Source of the DNA: Spirochaetales bacterium
GTDB lineage: Bacteria > Spirochaetota > Spirochaetia > JABEVK01
Assembly: GCA_947478845.1 (NCBI GenBank)
Contig: CANJXC010000005.1
Span: forward strand, 80,246-144,245
Length of the DNA stretch: 64,000 nt
Direction: 5' to 3'
Below, piece after piece: positions 19,299 through 29,321 of this stretch; position 1 is the stretch's first letter, and each line of letters starts with the position of its first letter. Made by a program: the position numbers and the translations under genes. Below the pieces are notes generated by a model. The model was given only the letters and a program-made list of their open reading frames with translations, did no database searches and had not been told where the DNA came from.

Positions 19299-20624
19299 GT
19301 GAAAGTTCCTAAAATTTCCATCAAGACTTGGCGTGCTTCCCGGAATCCGGTATGGAGAGAACCGGTCAAATGGGGCTGGTTTCCCTGGTTGGTCGATCTC
19401 CTAGGCCCAGTGTACACTCGCTTCGGATTGGGGCTGGGCAGGCTGGAACTCGAGGGTTCCGAGATTCTGGCTCGGGCTCTGCGCGGTGTTGCCGAACAGG
19501 AAGACCGACTACTGCTTGTGTTTCGCCATTGTGGCGACGCCGACCCTCATGGTGTTTACTATGCGCTGAACTCGCTGGCAAAACCGGCTTACCGGCGTGC
19601 CGGCGTGAAACGGCCTCGGTTCTTGTTTCTGGCCAGTGCGGAAATCGCCTTATGGGGTGGTGGGCTGACCAACTTCGCCTTGCGTGCCGGGGGAACCCTG
19701 GCAATGGCTCACGGACCAGGATCGCGAACGGCCCTCCACTACGTGCGCAACCATTTCCGCAATAGCCCCGACCCTGTGGTGATGGCGCCGGAGGGCCAGA
19801 TCTCTTACGAACTGAACGGCCCCCTTGTCCTCGACTCGGGAGCAGGCAACTTTGCCCAGTGGGCGACTGCATCCACCGCGGGAAGCGCCAAAATTATCCC
19901 CATCGGCTTGCGCTACCTGACCCCGGACGAAACTTGGACCCGCTGGAACCGGTTCCTGAATGCCTTGGAAAAAGGCGCAGGGTTGCCGCCCTGGAAAAAG
20001 CTGGTTTCGGTGGAAGCCGATGCTGCGACCCGGCTTCGCCGAGTTTGGGATCATCTTCTCACTCGGGGAGAAAGCTACTACCGTCAGAAACATCTGCGTA
20101 GTTTTTCGCCCCAACCTTCCTTGAATGCCCGCTGCCGTCAATTGACCCGGGTGGCCGTTGAGGCGGGCGCCCGCTCGCGTAACATCGCGGTGGGGGACGA
20201 TCTAAGGCCAAGTATATTCGAACTGCGGTATTCGGCCATGGACCTAGTGTTTCCTCGCCCCCGAGGTCTGTCCCTCCTTGAGCAGGCCATGGACAACCGG
20301 GCTGCCGCCGAGGGATGGTGGAACAACCGGCACCAAGACCTCGCCGACCTGCTCAATTACCTCAACCCTGATTCCTTGCCCGACCACCCGACGCTGGAAC
20401 TCGCGGTGGAAACGGCCCTCAATCTGGCCGATTTCGCTGGCCGGCTCGCAGGGGGCACCCTCAAGCACCGCCCCCGATATTTTCGCAGGTTGTTGCAGCT
20501 CAAGATCGGTGACCCGATTCTCGTACCGAAGGACAACAAACATTCCCGCAAACAGAGGGCGCAAATCCTCACGGGGCAAATCAAGTCCGCCTTCGAGGGG
20601 CTCCGCAAGGAAGGGCTTCCTTGA
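19299..20624 (+). CDS. lysophospholipid/glycerol-phosphate acyltransferase-family protein with long C-terminal extension
   Basis: HX4D motif (FRHCGDADPH) and a PEGQ block. Divergent from the GH3 gene with a 36-nt spacer. Confidence 0.55.
   Translation: MKVPKISIKTWRASRNPVWREPVKWGWFPWLVDLLGPVYTRFGLGLGRLELEGSEILARALRGVAEQEDRLLLVFRHCGDADPHGVYYALNSLAKPAYRRAGVKRPRFLFLASAEIALWGGGLTNFALRAGGTLAMAHGPGSRTALHYVRNHFRNSPDPVVMAPEGQISYELNGPLVLDSGAGNFAQWATASTAGSAKIIPIGLRYLTPDETWTRWNRFLNALEKGAGLPPWKKLVSVEADAATRLRRVWDHLLTRGESYYRQKHLRSFSPQPSLNARCRQLTRVAVEAGARSRNIAVGDDLRPSIFELRYSAMDLVFPRPRGLSLLEQAMDNRAAAEGWWNNRHQDLADLLNYLNPDSLPDHPTLELAVETALNLADFAGRLAGGTLKHRPRYFRRLLQLKIGDPILVPKDNKHSRKQRAQILTGQIKSAFEGLRKEGLP
20263..20274 (-). 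repeat. dispersed word GGGACAGACCTC, copy 4 (minus orientation, antisense in acyltransferase gene)
   Basis: exact 12/12 as GAGGTCTGTCCC, preceded by CCCCC. Confidence 0.9.
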
Positions 20625-20648
20625 CCAAGGTCAGCATAGGGGTTACTT

Positions 20649-21707
20649 TTGGTAACCATGCAATTTGGACTTTTTTCGTTTGGCGATTACGCTCATGAAC
20701 TTTTTGGCGACTCGGGCCTCTCGCAAGCCCAGCGCATGACCAACCTCCTCGAGGAAATGAAGCTTGCCGACGAGGTGGGGCTGGATTTCTTCGGCCTAGG
20801 CGAGCACCACCGACCCGACTTCATCGTGAGCTCACCGGTAACCGTACTGGCCGCCGCGGCCGCTATCACCAAGAAGATCCGCCTGAGCACTGCCGTGTCG
20901 GTGTTGAGCTCGGAAGACCCTGTGCGGGTGTTTCAACAATTTGCCACCCTTGATTTGATTTCTGGTGGGCGCGCCCAAATCATGGCCGGACGAGGGAGCT
21001 TCATCGAAAGTTTCCCTTTGTTTGGTTACGATCTCGACGATTACGAGGAACTATTCAACGAGAAACTGGATCTGCTTCTTGCCCTCACGCAGGGCTCAGA
21101 GCACGTGCATTGGAAGGGCAGTGGCAAGTTCCGCGCGGCACTGACAGGCCAGTCGATTCAGCCCAGGCCTATCCAGAGCCCGCTTCCGGTAACCATTGCC
21201 GTAGGGGGCAGCCCCGACTCGGCGGCTCGAGCTGGACACCTAGGCCTTCCCTTAGCACTGGCCATCATCGGCGGACAACCCGCGCGCTTCAAGCCTTTCG
21301 TGGACTACTACCGCGAAGCCGGAGCACAGGCCGGGCACTCACCCGAAAAACTGAACGTCACCATAAACCAGCACGGCTTTCTTGCCGAAGACAGCCAAGT
21401 TGCGGGCGACTTAGTTTGGCCCTCCTATCAACGGATGGTAGACCGACTCGGACGCGAGCGTGGCTGGCCGCCCCAAGCTCGCCAGCACTTTGACGCCGGC
21501 TGTGGCAAGCACGGACACCTGCTGGTGGGAAGCCCTCAGCAAGCCATCGACAAAATCTTGCTTGAGTATGAAATCTTCCACATGGAAAAGTTTGCCATAC
21601 AGTTCACCGTGGGGGGAAACAACCATCCCGAGGTGCTGCGGTCGATCGAGCTGTTTGGCACGGTAGTGGCCCCCGAAGTCCGCAAGGCGCTCGGCCAGCC
21701 TGCATGA
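20649..21707 (+). CDS. LLM-class flavin-dependent oxidoreductase (luciferase-like monooxygenase)
   Basis: Typical N-terminus FGLFSFGDY...LGEHH. 352 aa. Confidence 0.85.
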   Translation: MVTMQFGLFSFGDYAHELFGDSGLSQAQRMTNLLEEMKLADEVGLDFFGLGEHHRPDFIVSSPVTVLAAAAAITKKIRLSTAVSVLSSEDPVRVFQQFATLDLISGGRAQIMAGRGSFIESFPLFGYDLDDYEELFNEKLDLLLALTQGSEHVHWKGSGKFRAALTGQSIQPRPIQSPLPVTIAVGGSPDSAARAGHLGLPLALAIIGGQPARFKPFVDYYREAGAQAGHSPEKLNVTINQHGFLAEDSQVAGDLVWPSYQRMVDRLGRERGWPPQARQHFDAGCGKHGHLLVGSPQQAIDKILLEYEIFHMEKFAIQFTVGGNNHPEVLRSIELFGTVVAPEVRKALGQPA

Positions 21708-22735
21708 AACTCTTCGAGCCTTACCTGCTAGGAGACCTACAGCTCCCCAACCGCATCGTGATGGCCCCGATGACGCGCAATCGTTCGCCAGGGCAGATCC
21801 AGTCGGACTGGGCAGTGGAGCATTACTCGCTGCGCGCTACTGCGGGCTTGATTCTCAGCGAGTCGACGCAAGTTTCGGCAAGAGCTCAGGGCTCAGCGGA
21901 CACTCCGGGACTGTATAATCAGGCCCAGGCTACGGCGTGGAAAAACGTTGTAGAGGCGGTTCACGACGCCGGTGGTCGCATCGTGGCGCAACTCGGCCAT
22001 GCGGGAAGGCTCTCCCATTCCGACTACCATGGCCAGAAGCCCGCCGCTCCCTCGCCCGTCATCCCTGAGGGGTTTGTTCGCACTCCTTTGGGAACCAAAA
22101 ACTACGAAGACCCTTGGGTGCCAGCCACCGCCGAGGTGGCTGCTTTGGTAGAGGAGTTTGCCCTCGCGGCCAAGTGGGCCCGATGGGCTGGGTTTGACGG
22201 AGTGGAACTACACGGGGCGCATGGCTTCCTTCTCGACCAGTTTCTGCAAAGTGCCACCAATCGGCGCACTGACCGCTATGGGGGCGACGCGGCCGGTCGG
22301 CGTACTTTCGCTCTCGAGGTTTTGCAGGCGGTGATGGCCCATTTTCCAGGCCATCGCATCGGCTACACGGTGTCGCCTGGAGGCAACCACAAAGGAATCG
22401 GCGATAGCGACCCGATTGGCACTTTCACGGGCTTGGCCCGAGCGCTGTCTCAGGCGAGAATCGGCTGGCTCCACGTGGCCGACCTCCCTTTGGGCGAGCT
22501 CAAGCCCAGCGAGTTCCTGCGTGGTGAGTTCCAGGGCACGCTGATAGTGAGCGAGGGCTACACCCGCGATTCCGCCCAAGAGATTCTGGAGCACAACGGT
22601 GCCGACCTGGTGGCCTTCGGTAAGGCCTTCACCGCAAATCCCGACCTTGTAGACCTTCTGCGCCGCGGTGACCGGCTGGAACTTCACGACCCCAAAACTT
22701 TCTATGCGGGTGGAAAGACCGGCTATATCGAGTAG
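21704..22735 (+). CDS. NADH:flavin oxidoreductase, Old Yellow Enzyme family (alkene reductase)
   Basis: Motifs NRIVMAPMTR and HGAHGFLLDQF. Overlaps the LLM gene stop. Confidence 0.9.
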   Translation: MKLFEPYLLGDLQLPNRIVMAPMTRNRSPGQIQSDWAVEHYSLRATAGLILSESTQVSARAQGSADTPGLYNQAQATAWKNVVEAVHDAGGRIVAQLGHAGRLSHSDYHGQKPAAPSPVIPEGFVRTPLGTKNYEDPWVPATAEVAALVEEFALAAKWARWAGFDGVELHGAHGFLLDQFLQSATNRRTDRYGGDAAGRRTFALEVLQAVMAHFPGHRIGYTVSPGGNHKGIGDSDPIGTFTGLARALSQARIGWLHVADLPLGELKPSEFLRGEFQGTLIVSEGYTRDSAQEILEHNGADLVAFGKAFTANPDLVDLLRRGDRLELHDPKTFYAGGKTGYIE

Positions 22736-22773
22736 TCCGTAACCAGTGCTATACTCGAGGTTAGGAGGACACA

Positions 22774-23229
22774 ATGATCCTTGATTCTCTGGAATCCAGT
22801 TCCCGCTACGACGCATTTGGACCACGTTTTGCGCATGCCTTTGCTTGGCTGAAATCGATTGACCCCGCTTCGATGCCCAACGGCAAGGTAGAGATCGATG
22901 GTGAAAACCTCTATGCCCTTGTGATGCGTGATCATGGTAAGCCCCTGGCCGAAGCGAAGTGGGAAGCCCATGAAAAGTACGCCGATATCCAGTATGTGGC
23001 TGCAGGCACCGAGGAGATGCGCTGGTGTGCGCTCAACCTCTCCTTCCCGGGTGAGTACCAGCCCGAAAAAGATTTCGTTCCCATCGAAACCGACGTTTGG
23101 ACCTCCATCGAAGTGATCGAAGGCCAATTCGCCCTGTTCTTCCCCCAAGACGCTCACCGCCCGAGCATACTCGTAGACGGGGCGCCTGCGGTAACCAAAG
23201 TGGTGGTCAAAGTCAGACTGGATGCTTGA
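22774..23229 (+). CDS. YhcH/YjgK/YiaL-family protein (DUF386, beta-galactosidase beta-subunit-like; sugar-catabolism associated)
   Basis: 151 aa. Family-typical regions ...GENLYALVMRD...YADIQYV... A strong AGGAGG RBS is present. Confidence 0.75.
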   Translation: MILDSLESSSRYDAFGPRFAHAFAWLKSIDPASMPNGKVEIDGENLYALVMRDHGKPLAEAKWEAHEKYADIQYVAAGTEEMRWCALNLSFPGEYQPEKDFVPIETDVWTSIEVIEGQFALFFPQDAHRPSILVDGAPAVTKVVVKVRLDA

Positions 23230-23977
23230 GACCCTCTCTACACGCGAGAAGCTCCTGCTGGAAATCCTCACCGAGAGCCCGAACTGCACCGTTACTGAAC
23301 TGGGAAAACGACTTTCGGTTTCAGAAGTGACCATACGGTCTGACCTCAAGGGACTGGCAGGCAAAGGTCTGATTGTGCGCACCCACGGAGGCGCGCGGCC
23401 CGCTTATCACAAGAGCATCGTAGAACGCCAAAGCTTCCGCACCGAGGAAAAAAACCGCATTGCCAAAGCTGCTGCCGACCTGGTGAGCGATGGCGACACC
23501 GTGATGATTGTAGCCGGCACCACCACCGCGCTGGTGGCAAAATATTTGCTGGGCAAGGGCCATGTGCATATTGTCACCGACTCGACCTTGGTGTTGCCTT
23601 ATGTTCGCTCCAACCCTTCGCTTCAGTTGACAATCGTGGGCGGCGAGTTCCGAAGCGCCAATGAATCTTTTGTGGGCCCGCTCGCTCTCGACACGATTCG
23701 CAGGTTCAACGTCAGGCTGGCGTTTCTGGGCACCGACGGCTTCACCCTTGAGAAGGGGCTTACCACTCACTTGGTGGAAGGCGCAGAAATGGTAAAAACC
23801 ATGGCCGAACAGGCCGAAAAACGCGTCTTGGTGGTTGACTCTTCGAAGTTCGGACGCTCGGGCTTTGTGTCCATCATGCCACTCAAAAGGATAGACACCC
23901 TCATCAGCGATACAGACTTTCCCGCCGATCAGGCAGCCCTACTGACCGATTTGGGCATCGACGTCCACCTAGTTTGA
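23222..23977 (+). CDS. DeoR/GlpR-family transcriptional regulator
   Basis: N-terminal HTH (REKLLLEILTESPNCTVTELGKRLSVSEVTIRSDL) and a C-terminal sugar-phosphate-binding domain. Confidence 0.9.
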   Translation: MLETLSTREKLLLEILTESPNCTVTELGKRLSVSEVTIRSDLKGLAGKGLIVRTHGGARPAYHKSIVERQSFRTEEKNRIAKAAADLVSDGDTVMIVAGTTTALVAKYLLGKGHVHIVTDSTLVLPYVRSNPSLQLTIVGGEFRSANESFVGPLALDTIRRFNVRLAFLGTDGFTLEKGLTTHLVEGAEMVKTMAEQAEKRVLVVDSSKFGRSGFVSIMPLKRIDTLISDTDFPADQAALLTDLGIDVHLV

Positions 23978-24053
23978 CACAGTACCGCTGATTTTTCCTT
24001 CCATGGGAAAACTTTCACTTGCGTAACTAGTTTAACAGGTATATCGTAAGTTA

Positions 24054-24070
24054 TTCGAAACGATTTCGAA
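24054..24070 (+). promoter_or_regulatory. inverted repeat TTCGAAA-cga-TTTCGAA upstream of the E2 gene
   Basis: 7-bp perfect arms with a 3-nt spacer. It lies 18 nt before the RBS/ATG of the 2-oxoacid dehydrogenase genes. Confidence 0.35.
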
Positions 24071-24087
24071 AGACAAAGAGGAAGCTC

Positions 24088-25446
24088 ATGGCCGAAACCC
24101 TTGTGATGCCCCGTCAGGGCAATTCCGTTGAGTCATGCGTACTGATCAAATGGCGAGTCAAAGAAGGCGACGAGGTCGAACCAAAGACCGTGGTCGCCGA
24201 CGTTGAAACCGATAAAGCGGCCTTCGAGGTCGAAGCCGGCTTCGCCGGCACGGTGCTCAAGCTCCTGTGTCGCGACGGCGACGACATACCAGTCATGCAG
24301 CCCATCGCCTACGTTGGTAAGGCTGGTGAGGCTCTTCCTGCGCAGGCCGCCTCGAGTGCGCCGGCCCTGGAAGGATCCTCCCGGTCAAGTGAGACTTCCA
24401 TACCCGCGGCCCAACCCGTTGTGGACGTTGCAGCGCCGCACGGAAGGGGAGCTTCTTTCGCCTCTCCAAGAGCGCGCCATCTGGCAACCAGTCAGGGACT
24501 AGACGCCACTTTGCTTGCCGGCACGGGCCCCGAGGGCCGGGTCGTCGAGCGTGATGTGCGAGCTGTCCTCGACGCCAAGGCCCCGGCCACGAAGGCAGCC
24601 CTCGAAGCGGCCCTCGCCGCTGGCGTGAACTTGCCTGCCCGCGGCAGCGGCCTCGGTGGCCGCGTTGTTGCCACCGATGTCACCGGGGTATCGACGACCA
24701 CTGCGACCGTTACCGGCCCAGTTCCTGCTATTGCTCGTTCACAGGGCTCTGGAACCCGAGTCGAAACCAAGATCAAGGGCATCCGCAAGGTGATCGCCGA
24801 CCGCATGGCCGAAAGCCTGTCCACCACAGCCCAGTTCACGCTTAACTCCTCGGCCTCAGCCGTCCGTTTGCAGGAACTTCGCGCCCGGTTCAAAGCCAGC
24901 GAAGCCGATCTTGGGGTGCAGGGCATCACCATCGGCGATCTCATCGTTTACGCCACGGCCCGCACCTTGAAGCGCTTTGGACACATGAACGCACACAAAG
25001 TGGGAGACACCATCATCGAGTTTGGCGACGTGCATATGGGAGTGGCCTGCGATACCCCTCGTGGCCTCATGGTCCCCGTCATCCGCCATGCCGACAGCCT
25101 GAGCCTCAAGCAGATCAGCGACGAGACCAAGCGGCTGGCCGAAGCGTGCCGCAACAGCAGCGTGAAGCCCGATGAGCTTTCAGGGAGCACGTTCAGCATC
25201 AGCAATGTTGGTGCGTTTGGCATAGAAAGCTTTACGCCGGTACTCAACGTGCCCGAAGTGGCCATTTTGGGTGTTTGTGGCATTAACCTCAAGGCCGTCC
25301 AGGGCAAAAGCGGTGTCGAGTTTGTTCCTTTCATAGGTCTGTCGCTCACCATCAACCACATGGTGGTGGACGGAGCCCCGGCAGCAAAGTTTCTGGGGGC
25401 GCTCTGCGATGCCATCGCCGAAGTCGACCTGTTGCTGGCCGTTTAG
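24088..25446 (+). CDS. dihydrolipoamide acyltransferase (E2) of a 2-oxoacid/acetoin dehydrogenase complex
   Basis: Lipoyl domain with ETDKA. Ala/Pro linker and E3-binding domain. The catalytic region has NHMVVDGA. Confidence 0.9.
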   Translation: MAETLVMPRQGNSVESCVLIKWRVKEGDEVEPKTVVADVETDKAAFEVEAGFAGTVLKLLCRDGDDIPVMQPIAYVGKAGEALPAQAASSAPALEGSSRSSETSIPAAQPVVDVAAPHGRGASFASPRARHLATSQGLDATLLAGTGPEGRVVERDVRAVLDAKAPATKAALEAALAAGVNLPARGSGLGGRVVATDVTGVSTTTATVTGPVPAIARSQGSGTRVETKIKGIRKVIADRMAESLSTTAQFTLNSSASAVRLQELRARFKASEADLGVQGITIGDLIVYATARTLKRFGHMNAHKVGDTIIEFGDVHMGVACDTPRGLMVPVIRHADSLSLKQISDETKRLAEACRNSSVKPDELSGSTFSISNVGAFGIESFTPVLNVPEVAILGVCGINLKAVQGKSGVEFVPFIGLSLTINHMVVDGAPAAKFLGALCDAIAEVDLLLAV

Positions 25447-25454
25447 GAGTATCG

Positions 25455-26837
25455 ATGTACGATATCATCATTGTTGGCGGCGGCCCGGGTGGCTATGTTG
25501 CCGCCGAAAGAGCCGGAGCCCGTGGCTTAAAAGTGCTCCTCATTGAGAAAGAGTTCCTGGGCGGCACCTGCCTCAACTGGGGTTGCATTCCCACAAAAAC
25601 GCTGCTGAACTCCGCCAAAACCTACGCCCATGCGTTGCATGGAGAACGCTTTGGCCTCCATGCCGAAAAAGTGATTATGAACTGGGCAGAGGCGCTTGCC
25701 TGGAAAGCTGAGGTGGTCACCAAATTGCGCGGTGGCGTTGCCTTCCTCATGAAGAAGTTTGGGGTAGAAGTGGTCAACGGCACCGCCGAGCTTGTTGACA
25801 GGAATACCGTGCGAACAGTCGAGGGACAGACCTACCAGGGAAGAAACCTCATTATCGCCACCGGGAGCTCGCCCGCCATGCCCCCCCTGCCCGGCACCAA
25901 AGACAACCCCAAAGTGGTCAGCAGCACCAGTTTGCTCGACCTCAAAGAAGTTCCCAACCGCCTTGTGGTCATTGGTGGTGGCGTCATAGGCGTTGAGTTT
26001 GCCAGCCTGTTTGCCACCCTGGGAAGCAAGGTTACGGTGGTCGAGATGATGGACGAGATTATCCCGTTCATGGACAAGGAACAGGCACCCCAGTTTCGTA
26101 AAGCCTTGTCCAGCGTCCCGCACTCTGGCCTGCTGGACGCCAATATCGACTTCCAACTTGGCTGCAAGGTGGAAAAGCTCGAGGGAGGCACAGTTCAGTA
26201 CACCGGGAAAGACGGAGCCAAGAGCGTCACCGGCGACGTGGTGCTGATGGCTGTCGGACGCACCCTGAATGTGAAGGGCTTGGGTCTTGAGGCGCTCGGA
26301 GTGGACTTCGGCCCCAAAGGTATCGTCGTGAACGAGTACCAGCAGACCAACCTTCCGGGTGTGTACGCTGTTGGCGATGTCACGGGCCGCAGCCTCTTGG
26401 CTCACTCGGCCAGCCGCATGGGCGAAGTTGCCGTCAGTGCCATTATCGACGAGCCCCACAAACGCCAGCGGATGCGCTACCACGCCATTCCGTGGGTGGT
26501 GTACAGCAATCCTGAGGCCGCCGGCGTGGGCCTCACCGAAGATGAGGCCAAAAAACAGGGAAAGAACGTGGTGACGGCCACGGTTGCGTTGCGCAACATG
26601 GGTCGATATCTGGCCGAAAATGGCCCCACGGGTCCCGGCGCCACCAAAGTGATCGTCGACAAAGACACAGACCGAATTCTAGGTATCCACATGTACGGCG
26701 CCGGAGTTGGCGAGATGATCTGGGGCGGCGCGGCCCTCATCGAATTGGAGCTGCGGGTTCACGAGGCCCGTGAACTCATTTTCCCTCACCCCACGACCGG
26801 CGAGTCCATCCGAGACGCCCTCTGGGAACTTCACTAA
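25455..26837 (+). CDS. lpdA: dihydrolipoyl dehydrogenase (E3)
   Basis: GGGPGGY FAD motif and redox CLNWGCIPTK. Confidence 0.95.
   Translation: MYDIIIVGGGPGGYVAAERAGARGLKVLLIEKEFLGGTCLNWGCIPTKTLLNSAKTYAHALHGERFGLHAEKVIMNWAEALAWKAEVVTKLRGGVAFLMKKFGVEVVNGTAELVDRNTVRTVEGQTYQGRNLIIATGSSPAMPPLPGTKDNPKVVSSTSLLDLKEVPNRLVVIGGGVIGVEFASLFATLGSKVTVVEMMDEIIPFMDKEQAPQFRKALSSVPHSGLLDANIDFQLGCKVEKLEGGTVQYTGKDGAKSVTGDVVLMAVGRTLNVKGLGLEALGVDFGPKGIVVNEYQQTNLPGVYAVGDVTGRSLLAHSASRMGEVAVSAIIDEPHKRQRMRYHAIPWVVYSNPEAAGVGLTEDEAKKQGKNVVTATVALRNMGRYLAENGPTGPGATKVIVDKDTDRILGIHMYGAGVGEMIWGGAALIELELRVHEARELIFPHPTTGESIRDALWELH
25823..25833 (+). repeat. dispersed word, copy 5 (11/12: GGGACAGACCTa) in lpdA, sense
   Basis: Encodes E-G-Q-T-Y. 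Confidence 0.8.
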
Positions 26838-26860
26838 GCATAGGAAACAGGAGATAGAAG

Positions 26861-29317
26861 ATGCCCAAAGCCCTTACCGTTGACCCCAAAGTTGTCCGCC
26901 AGCCCGGAGTTCTCAAGACGAAGGACATCCCGCTGAACCAGTATAAAGGCGATATCCAAGTCGAGCTGAAAAAGTACGGCAAGGACAAGCTGGTGCGGAT
27001 CTTCCACACCATGGCCACTATTCGCGAGTTCGAGTCGATGCTCAACCTCGTCAAAACCCAGGGAGGATACAAAGGGGTAGACTACAACCACCGCGGCCCG
27101 GCCCACCTTTCCGCCGGGCAGGAGGCCAGCTCCACGGGTCAGTCTTTCGCCCTCGATGTGCAAGACTTCACCTTTGGCAGCCACCGCAGCCACGGCGAGA
27201 TCATCTCGAAGTGCTTTGCCGCGGTATCCCAATTGCCCGACGAAGAGCTTCTCAAGGTGATGAAAGCTTTCTGGGGTGGTGAAACCCTGAAAGTAGCCGA
27301 AAAGGCCGGAGCCAACAGCACCAAGGAACTGGCCGACGACTTCGTGTTGTACGGTGCCCTTGCCGAAATCTTTGCCAAGTCCCCCGGCTTCCACCGTGGT
27401 TTGGGCGGCTCGATGCATGCCTTTTTCGCACCTTTTGGCATGATGCCCAACAATGCACTGGTGGGTGGTTCGGCCGACATCGCCACAGGCGCCGCTCTCT
27501 TCAAGCGCATCAACGGCAAACCCGGCATTGTTGTGAGCAACGTCGGCGATGCCGCCATGGGTTGTGGCCCGGTGTGGGAGGCGATGATGTTCGCTGGAAT
27601 GGAACAGTACCGCACCCTTTGGGGCAAAGACGCTGGCGGTGCGCCGCCCATCCTTTTTAACTTCTTCAACAATTTTTACGGCATGGGGGGACAGACCTCG
27701 GGCGAAACCATGCCCTACCAAATCCTAGCCCGCGTCGGTGCCGGTGTGAACGCTGCGGCCATGCATGCCGAGCGTGTCGACGGCTACAACCCGCTGGCGG
27801 TGCTTGATGCGGTGGAACGCAAAAAAAAGATTCTCTTGGCCGGCGAGGGCCCGGTTCTCTTGGACACCATTACCTACCGCCTCAGCGGCCACTCACCCTC
27901 CGATGCCTCGAGTTACCGCACCAAAGAAGAGATAGAGCTCTGGGAAAATGCTGACTGCGTCAAGAGTTACGGCGAGTACCTAGTCAACGGTGGCGTCTTG
28001 AAAGCCAATGAGGTGGAGACCATCCGCGCGGGCATTGGAGCCAAGATGGACAGCATCTACAAGCTTGCCATCGACATGAACGAGTCTCCGCGCATCCAAG
28101 GCGCCTACATCGAAACGGTGATGTTCAGCAACCAAAAGGTCGACAAGCTCGAAGACCGCAAGCCGGAAACTCTTTTGCTCCGTGGCGAGGATCCCCGCAG
28201 CGTTTCGCTGAAAACCAAGGCACGCTACGCTCTCGACGCCGAGGGAAAGCCACTTCCCAAGGCCAAGATATTCGCCTACCGCGACGGCCTGTTTGAAGCC
28301 ATGCTGCACCGGTTTTATGAGGATCCGACCATGGCAGCCTGGGGCGAAGAAAACCGCGACTGGGGTGGCGCGTTTGCCGTTTACCGCGGCCTCACCGAAG
28401 CACTGCCCTACAAGCGACTGTTCAACAGCCCCATCAGCGAAGGCGCCATCGTGGGCTCGGGTGTAGGCTATGCTCTGGCCGGTGGGCGCGCGGTGGTAGA
28501 ACTGATGTATTGCGACTTCATGGGCCGCGCAGGTGACGAGATTTTCAACCAAATGGCCAAATGGCAGGCGATGTCGGCCGGCCAACTTCGCATGCCGCTG
28601 GTACTTCGCGTCTCGGTGGGAGCCAAGTACGGAGCCCAACACAGCCAGGACTGGAGCGCACTAGTAGCTCACATTCCTGGGCTCAAGGCTTACTTCCCCG
28701 CCACGCCTACCGACGCCAAGGGCATGCTTAACCTCGCTCTGCGGGGTACCGACCCTGTGGTCTTCTTTGAAAGTCAGAGCCTCTACGACGTGGGTGAGCT
28801 CTTCGAAAAAGCCGGTGTACCGGAAGGCTTCTATGAGACTGCCGAAGGTGAACCCGTTGTACGCCAAACTGGCAAAGACCTCACCATCGCCACTCTGGGA
28901 GCTACCCTCTATAAGGCCGTCGACACGGCAAAAGTTCTCAAAGACAAATATGGCCTGGAAGCCGAGATCATCGACCTGCGTTTCATCAGCCCGTTGAAGT
29001 ACGACGTTCTTCTGGATTCAGTGAAGAAAACGGGTAAACTCCTTCTGGCAAGCGACGCGGTCGAACGGGGCAATTTCCTCCACACTGTCGCTTCTACGGT
29101 GACCCAAGTGGCCTTCGATTACCTTGACGCTCCAGTTGCCGTCGTGGGAAGCCGCAACTTCATTACTCCTGCAGCTGAGATGGAGGAAGAGTTTTTCCCG
29201 CAACGAGAATGGCTTCTCGATACCATCCACGAACGGATTCTCCCGTTGAACGGACACACTCCAACTACGGTTCAAACCTCGGGAGAAATTCTTCGCCGCA
29301 ACCGGTTGGGAGTTTAG
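26861..29317 (+). CDS. fused E1 component (alpha+beta subunits in one 818-aa polypeptide) of a thiamine-diphosphate dependent 2-oxoacid/acetoin dehydrogenase
   Basis: The N-terminal half carries the TPP-binding alpha-subunit region (GGSMHAF...). The C-terminal half is a transketolase-like beta subunit. Fused E1 alpha/beta genes are annotated in other bacteria (for example Bacteroidetes). Confidence 0.85.
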   Translation: MPKALTVDPKVVRQPGVLKTKDIPLNQYKGDIQVELKKYGKDKLVRIFHTMATIREFESMLNLVKTQGGYKGVDYNHRGPAHLSAGQEASSTGQSFALDVQDFTFGSHRSHGEIISKCFAAVSQLPDEELLKVMKAFWGGETLKVAEKAGANSTKELADDFVLYGALAEIFAKSPGFHRGLGGSMHAFFAPFGMMPNNALVGGSADIATGAALFKRINGKPGIVVSNVGDAAMGCGPVWEAMMFAGMEQYRTLWGKDAGGAPPILFNFFNNFYGMGGQTSGETMPYQILARVGAGVNAAAMHAERVDGYNPLAVLDAVERKKKILLAGEGPVLLDTITYRLSGHSPSDASSYRTKEEIELWENADCVKSYGEYLVNGGVLKANEVETIRAGIGAKMDSIYKLAIDMNESPRIQGAYIETVMFSNQKVDKLEDRKPETLLLRGEDPRSVSLKTKARYALDAEGKPLPKAKIFAYRDGLFEAMLHRFYEDPTMAAWGEENRDWGGAFAVYRGLTEALPYKRLFNSPISEGAIVGSGVGYALAGGRAVVELMYCDFMGRAGDEIFNQMAKWQAMSAGQLRMPLVLRVSVGAKYGAQHSQDWSALVAHIPGLKAYFPATPTDAKGMLNLALRGTDPVVFFESQSLYDVGELFEKAGVPEGFYETAEGEPVVRQTGKDLTIATLGATLYKAVDTAKVLKDKYGLEAEIIDLRFISPLKYDVLLDSVKKTGKLLLASDAVERGNFLHTVASTVTQVAFDYLDAPVAVVGSRNFITPAAEMEEEFFPQREWLLDTIHERILPLNGHTPTTVQTSGEILRRNRLGV
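27688..27699 (+). repeat. dispersed word GGGACAGACCTC, copy 6 in E1 gene, sense
   Basis: Exact 12/12. Encodes G-G-Q-T-S. Confidence 0.9.
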
Positions 29318-29321
29318 CCCT

